Source of the DNA: Bigelowiella natans CCMP2755
Lineage: Eukaryota; Protista; Cercozoa
Length of the DNA stretch: 64,000 nucleotides
NCBI GenBank assembly: GCA_000320545.1
Contig: ADNK01001378.1
Location: 20,158-84,157 of the forward strand
Direction: 5' to 3'
Part shown: piece after piece, positions 1 through 11,000 of the stretch
Layout: every line of letters begins with the position of its first letter
How positions within the stretch are numbered: the stretch's first letter is position 1
Made by a program: the position numbers and the translations under genes
Notes under the pieces: model-generated
Database searches by the model: none
What the model was told of the DNA's origin: nothing
The model's input: only the letters and a program-made list of their open reading frames with translations

Positions 1-300
1 TCGTCTTCTTAATTTAAAAAAATAAATTAGTCTAATTGAAACGAAACGACACCATTGTATCTGCGTTGTCGCAAATAATTAAAAATTGGGAGGATTGGCT
101 TGGGGATGTTCTTTATGAGAAAAGAGCTCTAGGTCAGGGAAAAAAAATGAAGAATTGGATCATGACGAAGAGGCTATCCTGCCTCAATGTCATTTGCGGG
201 CTGGCAACCTGCGAACTTAGTGTAACGAAGGCGACGAGACATCTCGCTTCATCCTAGAAGATTGGAGATATGAAGGACTGACGTCTGGACATTGATTAAT
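1..300 (+). CDS. possible 3' end of an unidentified gene (partial)
   Basis: Protein-like ORF fragments (36..257 and ...NEGDETSRFILEDWRYEGLTSGH*) followed by the same spacer type that lies between all convergent gene pairs; no recognisable domain. Confidence 0.25.
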
Positions 301-1019
301 CTCGTCGCAGTGAATGTAATGATTTTAAAGAATGCTGTGATACCTACGTGTACACGCCTTATTCATTACACCTTCGAATATTCACCAACTCATTTTGTTG
401 AACATTTTTTGGCACTGTGATCTATGCTAGTATGCGGTGCGTAACCATTTATTTTGCGGAGCAATTTGTTGATAATTTGCCAGCATGTGCGTCTAGCTAG
501 CTAGGTATGACAAGGTTGGCGGCTGCTAGCTAGCTTGGCTGCACTGCGCTAGCATGGACTGTCGTCGCACATCTAGCAGATCGACATGTCGCAAAATGTG
601 CACATGGCATAACAGCACATGTGCAGCATGCAGCATGGCCCACCATGTGTGCAAGCTACAGCTAGACGGATGCAATGCTATATGCTAGCATCGCAATGGA
701 TCAATTGAATTTGTTCGCAATGCTGTCAGCAGGATGGCGTCCATCCTTGTGTACGTAGCTGTGCAATGCATGTGTGCATTGCTAGCTAGCTGGACTGCAT
801 GTGCGTGCTGGCTCCAACAACACGCATGCTACGTACGTATACGTCCACATAGCAGACGTATGATCCACCGCGCTTTCAACTATTGGATCACGCTAGTACG
901 CTTCGCACACATTCGTGAGAGCATCGATATAGCACACCAGCATGCAGATCGGCCAGATCATGACCCTGAAGTAGCTGGCACATTGTTAGACACTCTTTGC
1001 ATGCATGTACGACATCTCG

Positions 1020-1110
1020 GCGCTGTAGCTGCTGCATTGCATAGCTACATAAGGCTAGAAGGATGACCATTGAACAAATCTGATTAATTACATCCGTCTT
1101 CTATTACATC
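1020..1110 (-). repeat. copy of dispersed 3'-flank element
   Basis: Reverse complement AGACGGATGTAAT...TTCAATGGTCATCCT...ATGTAGCTATGCA...AGCTACAGCGC is collinear with 40453-40527. Confidence 0.8.
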
Positions 1111-1266
1111 TCGGTGGGCGACACACATATATAGGTGTACGTAGAGAAGATTTGTTAGGACGTACGTGCGTAGGCACAGCATCTGTCTAAGCACGCACCA
1201 CCGTGCGGCGACGCTCCGTGGCAACTGTGGATGCTTCCGATCCATATGTCAACCTTCTAGTTCACA

Positions 1267-4200
1267 TCATTCGCTTTGTGCTAGAGCTTGAATTCGGGAA
1301 GCCAGCCGTTCCACCATGGGATGATCCGCCAAATAAACACCAGAATTCAAAAGATCTCGACGCTCCGCTTCCAGCCGGCTAATTTCCTGAGAAGTGCGAG
1401 GTAGTACAATTAGGGTAAAGAATTTCTGATGTGACCTATCCTAGGACCGTTGCATGTTTATGCGCTCCTCCGACCATGGGCGCCACAAGAGGGACCTCCT
1501 TGGCCATGGATACCTCAGCGGATTCTAATACTGACGGTGCCGTCGCCCCCTCTGCTTCAAAAACGGGTAATTTGAACTTCACGTCTGGTCGCACTTGAGG
1601 CGACGATCCGCTGCCGAGAGCCGCGTACAAATCCTGCTTTATAGCTAGGAGCTCATTGCGCATATTTGTAGCTTTGCTTTCCCTTTGCTGACGTGTATAC
1701 GCCGCTCGAAGTCGTGCAATTTCTTTTTCTTCCATCTGAGTATTGTGTGTGTGGATTTAATACGTAAATTTGTCATATTCTGATTGCAAAATACGGTAAA
1801 AAATTGTTCGCAATTTTTCTCGTGATGGCGAGCAAAAAGGAAATAGATTCACTGTTTAATACCTTGAGCCTTTTTTCATGATCCGCATCTCGTAGTCGCC
1901 TGAGACGCACGATTTCTTCTAAGCATTTCCGAAGGTGCGCCTGAATGAATTGCTATATCGTCATCTTCCGCGAAATAAACCAAGTGACACGGCATCACCT
2001 TTGCCCTAGCCTCCGACTCCTTCGCGCCTCTCAAGTCCTGCCTCACTTCTCTAAGAAAATGATACAGCCACTTCCGTTATGTTCCTGAATAGATATCGTC
2101 CCGCCCCCCCCCCCCCCCCCCCCCCCCCCTTAGATGTTGTTCGTATGTCCTAGTCTTCCTCACTTTATCTCCAGATCCTTCTCGGTAATCTTCTGCCTCA
2201 GCCCGGCGACTTGTGATTTGTCCATCTTCTGCTTAAACCTTTGGAATTCCATCTCCACCTATTCCGTTTCATAAAGCAAAAATGATCGCTAGTCCAGAGA
2301 AAGGAGGGCCGGCGAGGGGGGGGGGGAAGAGGAGATGGAGATGGGGCTCCTCACCGCTTTCTTGGATGCTGTCAGAGTCTCTATGCGCTTCTTTAAAACC
2401 TTTTTCGAAAAAATATCAGGCAATGGATCAGAATCCGTTATTCCCTAGGCCTCGTTATTTTTGGAGCACACGCTACCTTGTTTTGCTGTTTTATCTCCGT
2501 ATTGTGCAGTTTCAGTATTGACTATGAATCGACACCAGAATGTTTCTCGTCAGAATTACCACAACTAAAGCTGCTACAACAACAACTACTACTACTACTA
2601 CTACTAACAATAGTAATAATGAAAAAAAATAAGCTACAACTGCTACCATTTCGTGTTTATGCTGGTCTTTCAGTCGCTTTAGGGCAAGCATAGTTTCATG
2701 CCCCTGCGCCTCGTAGTCCCGATGCAGTTTTTTCTTATGCTACGTGGGAGGAAGGGGGGAAGAGGAAGGACAAAGTTATGCGTATGCTGACAACATTTAG
2801 TTTCATAAGTCAAAAAGAGGTTTAGGATCGATACTTCCTCGAGAGCACTCTCCCCATTTTTCAATGCCTTCTCTTGTCTTTCGCACTCGAACAAAGCCTA
2901 TGCGCAGACGATCATATTTTCAGCAGGAGGAAGGTTAATTTTGCAGTTGGAAGCAGCAAGTACGTGTTTGAGCTTCTTCTCAAGATTCCCTAGTTCTTGT
3001 GTTCTCTGCTCGTAGGCCTCCTCTCGTGCGGCCAATTGTTTCTGTGTGGTCCGAATGACAAATGAAACCAACGTGTCGCTATTCCATTACCAAAAAGAGC
3101 ATGAACCTGAAATTCTGCTTCAAGCTCTTGCGCTCTCTGCTTCTCCCGCTTCTTCCAAATATTCTCCCATCTTGCAAGAATTGTTTGATGGAGTTAGAAT
3201 GAGAGAGAGATTGAGCGCAATCGAAAAAGCTTTTTGCTTCTTACCTCTTTTCCTCAGCCCTTCTCCACATTTCCAGCTCCCAGGCTAGTTGATAGCCCAT
3301 AATCTGCGGAACTTTGTTTGTAGACTTTTCTTCACTTGTGGCAGCGGCCTGGGGAGTCGAAGCTGTTGCCTCCTTTATTTGTGCGGAAGAGGCTAGAGCC
3401 TTTCCTTTACTATCAGGCGATACTCCAGATCCGAAATCCTCCAGGGTGAGGATGATACGAACTGACCCAACACGCTCGATGCCTTTGATGGTCAAACCGG
3501 AAAAAAAGCGCTGAGCCCAAAATGGGATGAAGTATATATAGAGAGTATGCATGTTTTGTTCTATGTATTTTTTGGTTGCTGTGCTTCGACCTTTCTGATG
3601 TACAGATTCTCGATATATTGTACAATAGTTATCGACGGCTTGAAGAGTTGCATTGCTGCTATTTCCAGATATCGAAGCTGATGGAGTCCCGCCTGGTTGA
3701 GGGGCATCCACAGTAAAAACGGGAGCAGAAAGCAGTCCATCTAGGTCGCGACGGACGATACCAAGCTCCTCCCGCTGTCCATTTTTAAGTCTCTTGAAGA
3801 CCTTTAGAGGGAGGAAAAACAAATTAATAGGCCAAGATAAGTTGTATTTAAGACTAGATTAAATACCTGTACAATTAGAGGCTTATTCCTGAAAGCTGTT
3901 TCGAGCTCTTTACGCGTGCACTGGAATTCGAACGAGCAGAATCCGTTTGGGAGCATTACTTCTTTCCCCCTCTGAACCTCTACGTCAGGTTCCGTCTCCA
4001 AAGGAGCTATTGGTGCAGCTCTAAACAGTGGATACGAGTATCTCAGGAAAACGTGGCACTTTTTTACTATGCCTCGCACAGAGCGGAGATCTACGCTCAC
4101 ACGATATTTTCTCGTGGATGAGGAGTAAAAATCAGATGGAAACTGTCTCTGCTGGGATGTTTGAGACTGCCGGTTGTGATGAGCTGGCGCGGGACTCTCC

Positions 4201-4665
4201 GAAGACGCTGATGATGACACTTGTGGCTCAGGGGATCTTTCAGGAACATGATCACACCGCATGTTTTGCGTTGCTGAAGTATCGGTCGTAGGAGGCAATT
4301 TGGTCATCGGCGTCGGTTCCTTGAGTTCTCTTCTTGTCTTTTCTTCAGCGGGGGTAGTATTATCGTTGGTAGGTTCTTCATCTTCGAATGCATCGTCAGC
4401 GTAATCGTCCTCGTCGCTCTAAACAGCAAAGTTTTTTGGATAAGCAATTCAAGACTGAGCAATGAACCAGGTCACATGAAAATGACATTGCCGGCCACAT
4501 CTATGAGTACTTTCTTGACTCATGAATGTGGTAGAGAGAGGGGGCAGACTCTCTGTAAGGAATCATAAAATGAAAAAAACCTAATCTTTTTTTTGCAAGT
4601 AATCCGTATCATTAAATTAAATAAAGGAATTCAGGAAGAATGGAGGTAGGTTGGGGGAGGACCAT
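1267..4665 (-). CDS. CEP120: centrosomal protein CEP120-like (one C2 domain + coiled coil), multi-exon; start approximate
   Basis: C2 segment YRVSVDLRSV...FLRYSYPLF...VMLPNGFCSFEF (3804..4307 ORF); YQLAWELEMWRRAEE motif; terminal exon EISRLEAERRDLLNSGVYLADHPMVERLASRIQ* with TGA at 1267-1269. All three resemble CEP120 C2C, coiled-coil and C-terminal motifs. Confidence 0.8.
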
Positions 4666-5143
4666 TCCAACGTTGGAGAGCAAACGACTTCCCGCCAACC
4701 AAGCACTTTTCAGTTCCGAATTGTGTTCAGTAAATCGCAAAATGCAGACGAAAAATGTCAATCTTGAGGACCCAATCGATGTCTTCTTCAGAAATTGTCC
4801 TGTATCTGAAATTAGATATTACAACTTCACGTTTCCAATAAATTGACCACAGAAACTCATTCTACGACATTTGAAAAATGGGTTTCATTTCATAAATGAG
4901 ACCTAATCTTCACGAAGGGGGATATCTAATAGCCAGATTCATAGACTTAATTTCTTCTTAAAGCCAAACGGAGCCAGAACTGAAACGAATTTATCATTTA
5001 TTGTGATATAACGTACATTAGTGTAACGCGACAACCTATTCTGTTGTCGCATATCGAAAACAGTTCAAACATTCGTTTTAACTCTTCAAGCGAAACTCTC
5101 CCCCAACACGTAAAACAAGTGGAGCCGGTCGACATCAGGAACG

Positions 5144-6769
5144 ATGGTGACTCCCTAGAAAATTCATTAGAATCAAATAACTTTTTCTAGGGTTCATTAG
5201 AAAGTGAGTATACCTGTCTTACAGGCGAAGAAGAAAAAGGGAAAGAAAAAGGGGAAAAAGAAAGAAGCAGCTCCTCCAGATCCAATACTACTTGAGATAC
5301 AAACGTATCCACTAGATAAGGTGCCAGAGAGCAATCTCAACTTTTAGAAGATTTACCTTCATGCATAATCTAATCACACACGAATGCAGGTCAATGCCCA
5401 GAGAGAGGAGCTCCGAGCAAAGCTGAAGGTTAAAAAACTAATTTTGTATTACTGTGGAATGCAGGTTGACATTATTACCAATACTGTTAATCAGGAGATA
5501 AGAAGGAATCGAAACTACTACATGCTCGAGCGTGATGCAATCCAGCAGTATCATTACATAGTATGCCAGGAAAACGAGGAATTGAAAGCTGAAATTCGAA
5601 ATCTCGAGAGTGAGGTGGAGAGGAAAACTCGAGCCCATAGAGATGCAATCAAAATATATCTCCAAAAGGTGACGCATTTAGAGTATGAACACTCTCACAA
5701 TCTGGCAATGGTGAAAGAAGCAAGGAACAAGGAGTTGCACGAAGAGGCCGAATTCCATAACGAGAAAAGACAGGAGCTTTACAAGATGAAGGCGGAAATA
5801 GAGCAGGATTTTGAGAAAGAAAAGAAAGATCAGGAAGCCCAAATCAAACTTAAACAAGAGCAAAATCGGGAGGAACTTGCCGCAATGCGGGCAGCTCATG
5901 AAGAAAAGCATTTAAAATTGAAAAAAAAATATGATAGGCGGCTCCAACAACTAATTGAAGATCTCGAATTAAGGAGAAAAATCGAAATTCATGAAATCGA
6001 AGAGCGTAAAAATGGCCATATCAACCAGCTTATAGAAAATCACGAGAAAAGCTTCAATGGAATGAGAGCGTATTACAATTCACTGACGAAGGACAACCTG
6101 GGCCTCATTAAGTCTCTAAAAGATGAACTGACCAGTCTCAAGACTAGGCAAGAGCAGCATGAAAAGACGATTGCTGATTACAACGCCAGGAATAAACAAC
6201 TTCAGCAGCCTAAAAGTAAGGCCGAGGCGGAAGTAGCAGAACTTCAAGAGAAGCTCAAGAACTATCAGAAAGATAAGCTTTCCCTGAAACATTCACGGCA
6301 GCGTGCGATAACGCTGGAGGAGAACTTGAAACAGATGAGAAGAGAGCAAAAGAAGCTTGAAGTGAAATTCAATGCCGTAAAAGAGGAATGTAAGGAATTG
6401 TATGACACGTTCGATGATGTCGTAGTGAGCGTCAAGAAAAAAGGAGAGGCACAAAATGGAAGATTGGAGGAACTGGTGAAGAAAAAGTCAAACGAATTTG
6501 CAGAAAAGAAGGCTCAGTTCACCTCTCTAATTAAGACTACACAGCTTGATCCAGTGGCTATCGGGGCAAAGCTGGACTCAGATCTAGCATCGAAGAATAC
6601 AGAGCTGAAACAACTTCAGTACGAGAACGCTAAAATTGCAAAAGCTCACGATGATCTCGTCCGTGTATATGAGGCCAAGCTACGCAAGATGGGTATACCA
6701 GAAGGCGAATTGAACACTCGACCCTTCGTTAGCAAGGCTAACACCGCTCCAGCTGATGTTATCATTTAA
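5144..6769 (+). CDS. GAS8: dynein regulatory complex subunit 4 (GAS8/trypanin)
   Basis: ATG at 5144 is followed by a GT intron to 5224, then AKKKKGKKKGKK. Conserved RNYYMLERD, IKIYLQKVTHLEYEH, LELRRKIEIHEIEERKNGHI and KAHDDLVRVYEAKL motifs. Confidence 0.92.
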
Positions 6770-8017
6770 TTATTTTCAACAAAACTACTAGACTACTTGA
6801 TCGAGTAGCAGCGAATAAATTTGAGAACATGGCATGTAGCCAACAAGAAATGTGCAAGCGACTGGCAGCGCTTCATCACGTGTGTCCACAGAAGTTCAGG
6901 GGAAGTCTAGAAGTCACATGTCTGGGTTTGCGATGCGCACTGGCATTTGGTGTCGTAAATTCAGCTAAATGCGCGCTTCATGCATGCATCCAATGCATCA
7001 AAACCATGCATATGGGCACACTTGTGTACAATGTTGTCAGGCGGAAGCAACGGGTGCAAGCATGCAATGTGCGAAGATGTTTGCAACTAGCCACAGGCAA
7101 GAAATAAACTGTATGTGGAGAGTAGATCAAATGATGGTGAACACTAGCACTGCTAGACTGTTTTGTGCATCTAGGCATCTGCATTGCTAGATTATGATTG
7201 CCACGTTAGCACGTTAGCACGTCAGAACATGTCCCTAACCATTCTGCATCGCGGCCATCCCAATTAGCCAAGCTATGCTACAGTGAGCTCGCTACACATG
7301 TGTAGCTCCCGACGCTACATGCTAGCGTGTCACGCAAGCCAATCTTGCGCTGGATGCAATTGATCAGACGCACTGCGTATGCTATGATGGCATGCATCGC
7401 ACATCGATCATGTTTGATGATCTAGATCGATCTGACTGCAGCGCTCATGCTAGCTAGAGCTAGCTAGAGCACGCCGCATCAGCGGATGCCGCTCCCCTCT
7501 AGCCCTACACCCTGTGCTGACGATGCGTGCACCAGTCTAGCAGTGTGTGTGTGTGTGAAACGAACAATCACACGCTAGCACGAGACGGCTGCGATGCTGT
7601 GCCACGCCGCGCAAACGACTGGCACAGACGAGCAACGTGACATGCCAGTGTCAGCTGCAGCGCAGGGCAGGAGCGACAAAAACTAGAAAAGGGAAGGAAA
7701 GGTGACAAAGTTGAAGTGACAAGGCGAGCTAGCGAGTTGCAGGAGCGGCGTGCAACGTGCTACAGCATGTACACCGCTGTGCCCTTGCCTGCTGCTAAGC
7801 TTTCAATTGATGCATGGCGCAAATTTCTAACGATAGTATAATAGACACAGCAAGTCTATCATTAGTATGGTGTAGCATCCATCCATAGACCATGCGAAGA
7901 GAATCTTTAATTGTAATGTAATTATAACGTTGACATGCGCCAAACGCTGGCACGAATCATGATTTGTTGTGACATGTCTCAGTAGTCTACATGTTCAGTA
8001 GCTATTAAAACTCGTAG

Positions 8018-11000
8018 CTATTTAGATCTGGCAATGGTCATTGTCGTAGTTGACATAGATCTATATCGTCTCGCCTCCTTCCTGTTACTATCTTTCCAAG
8101 GTTCACCATCTCCATCCACAATCGTTACACCAACACTGCGAAACGCCTCAATCCACCTGATGACATCAATTCGAATCTTAGATCATGAAAGCTAATTTCA
8201 CATTTAATTAACTTGAATGGTGAAACATATATCGGATGAAATAACGACGCACTTCAATCGGAGCTCATTGCTTTCGAATCGAAAGATGAGGAGTCGCTTG
8301 GAAGTAAGGAGATTCAAGTAGCTTATTCTTAGAGCCCTTCCGTTTGCGGTCTATTAAGATTTTAGAATCAGTCGAACTTGCATAGAAAGTAGCTATATTC
8401 TGCACCAGCACATTGAATATTGAACATTGAACTTCGCATTGATGCAAGAACTAAATGCTAATCAGAATGGGAAAACGCGCATTACGAATTACAAATGTTC
8501 GGTAGGATGTTTAGCAAAATACGAATAATTTGATTGTCGTATACTGTTGCAGATCTGTCTCCTTGCGCAGCTTCTGTAACACAATTCTTTCCTTTGGGTG
8601 AAACTCGAGATGACGTTGGTCTTCCCAAATGTGCCCGAAGCTTTGAGTTGAATTCCATCTCTGATATGTGAGAATCCTTTTGAGAAAGGCTATGCGAATC
8701 AGGTTTTCTTAAAGTTTTCTTTGCTACTGGACTTCCAACAATGGAATTTAGACCGTCACTTGATGGTGAAGAAATCTGTACATCACGTTTTCCATCTAAG
8801 GATATCATTCTTTCCTTCGATTGGTTGAAGAAATCATTGTTGTAGCTAGCATAGGTGAACAGCTTCTGAGGCTCTTTCGTTGACTGGGTCGAGAAGTGAG
8901 CTTGTGACGATTTTGCTTCAGACAAAATTGCGGTGCTGCCAATTAGGTTCACAGTGAAAAGCTCTGCCTCATCATTTTGCGTATGATAGAAGTGAAGACG
9001 TTTTCTTTCTTCGACAAGCATGCAGAATAAACGACTGTAATTGAAATGGCCTTTTATGAGCAGAAAGTCGTAAATATAATGAAACTTCCGTAGAACATTG
9101 TATACTGATAGCTTTGATACTAGGCTTGTGAAAGCGTAGAGTCTATTTTCCGAATCCCAAAACTCGGCTGAATGAGAAATAGAACCAGATACTTGCATGA
9201 ACATACCATTATCCATCATGCGCTGACCTATGAGAACCGCCCTTTCCCTGGATGAGCATCTATTTGTATCGACCAGCCATGTAACAAAGTCATGTCCGTA
9301 AAAGGAACTCTCGAAACGATGTAGCTTTGCCCATCTTGTCCGCACACTTTTGTGCGAATAATAGTATTTTTTAATTTCCATTAATTCGTCCAGAGTCTCT
9401 TCCATTGCTACGACTGTGTACGATTGCCTTACCCTTCGCCTTCTCAATATTCTCCGCATTAGAACCATATTATCAGGTTCAGCCTCATCTCTTTGTTTGG
9501 AGGTAAATTTAAACTTAAATCGCATAAAAGAGTCTCTTTCTAACAGACTGAACACCTCTGCATATATTCCTCTAAATAAATCGCTTTGAAAATTTCCTTT
9601 TGTAGCATCTTCCAATAGTAAGTTAAGAAGCTTGTCGGATACATTCAGCTGTTGGGGAGCATTTTCAGCCAAAAATTCTCCGATAATGTTTAACGCGGCT
9701 GCACGTCTTCTTTTTAGCCCCTTGATCCGACTATAGGCCTCTACAGCGTCAAGGAAATTCAAAGATTCTGCAGCATGTTGCTGCAACAGATACTGAGAGA
9801 ACTCGTGTTTGAAGAGAGGGTCAGCTAAGCAACTCGACAACCCTTGCAGATTTTTCTTCGGTAAATGAGGGAGACTACGGCGGTTCAGATGTGATCGAGA
9901 CATCTTAGCGCTACTCAGACCCCTGGACTCTTTTCGTATTTCAGGGAGCAATTTCCATTCAGGCTGTGAAATAGATCTCTTGTTGATTCTGGCATCAATA
10001 TACCTTGGTAAATTACTCGGGTTGTCGTCACGATATTGCTCGACGTCATGTAATGGTACACCAGATCTGTCTTTCAATTTATATGTTAACTTCCGTTTCT
10101 GTTCCCGCTCGCATGGTGAAGGGAACGGAGTATGTATGTCTGCAGTTGCACTTTTCATTCTCACCCCTAAATTTATAACAAGATTTAGCAATGAAACTGT
10201 TTTTGGTAATCAGGCAATTAAACCGTACAATTCAAATCTTAATGTGGGCAGAGTTTATAGCGACATGTCTTACTCGCTGGAAGAGGGGGCGGAGACTTCT
10301 TTTTATTTCCGTGAGAGTCGTCACACGTGAGCGCTCGCCTCCTTGGGGCAGGAGGTGGCTTTGACATTGACATTCGTATCCCACCCATGTAGGATCTATG
10401 ATGTTCCTGTGAGGTTTTACCTATAGGAGCTTTCGAGTCGTCGTCCCCCTACCATATAGTAAAATATATGTATCATTTCTGCGAAAATTTCTATCGAATG
10501 GCAATCAAGCTACCGGGATGGAGGGCATCGATGAGCTCCTGAGAATAATAAGTGTCAACAACATAGGGCCGGGCCGATATGTGTATTCTGAACAAAGTCT
10601 AACAACCTAGATTTTGCCCCTTTCAATTCCTGAAACGTGTTCTCAACCTACATTATGAAATAAATTCATCTGATTTATGTTTTGGATAACAAAAAAACAT
10701 ATTCTTGTTGATAATCAAGAGATCATTTTCAGGATATACCTGATGCTGCCGAGAAATTACTTTGCCATCGACACTAGTTATGGTTATGGTGTTAAAGTAA
10801 AGTTCAGCTACCCAAAATTCAAACTTATTATTCTTTGTACATTTTTGGGTTCTCTAAAGTCCAGCCGAATTTCTAATTATGACAACATGTATGTTGAAGT
10901 AGTGAGTAAATTATGCCATTCGATATGACATCTCATCTTGCCACCTGAACGGTGTTGTCGTTCCCATTAGTTTTTGATTTTCTTTTGGCTTTGATACTAT

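Noticed and set aside
734-1070. Cys/His/Ala-rich ORFs in convergent spacers (also 6829-7190, 23020-23515, 33137-33610, 40870-41355)
   Set aside because: By-products of TGCA/CATG-rich composition; no domains, and open on several frames.
2104-2129. Long poly-C run (and terminal poly-G) as a functional G-quadruplex
   Set aside because: Intronic homopolymers are common throughout and their length is unreliable in assemblies.
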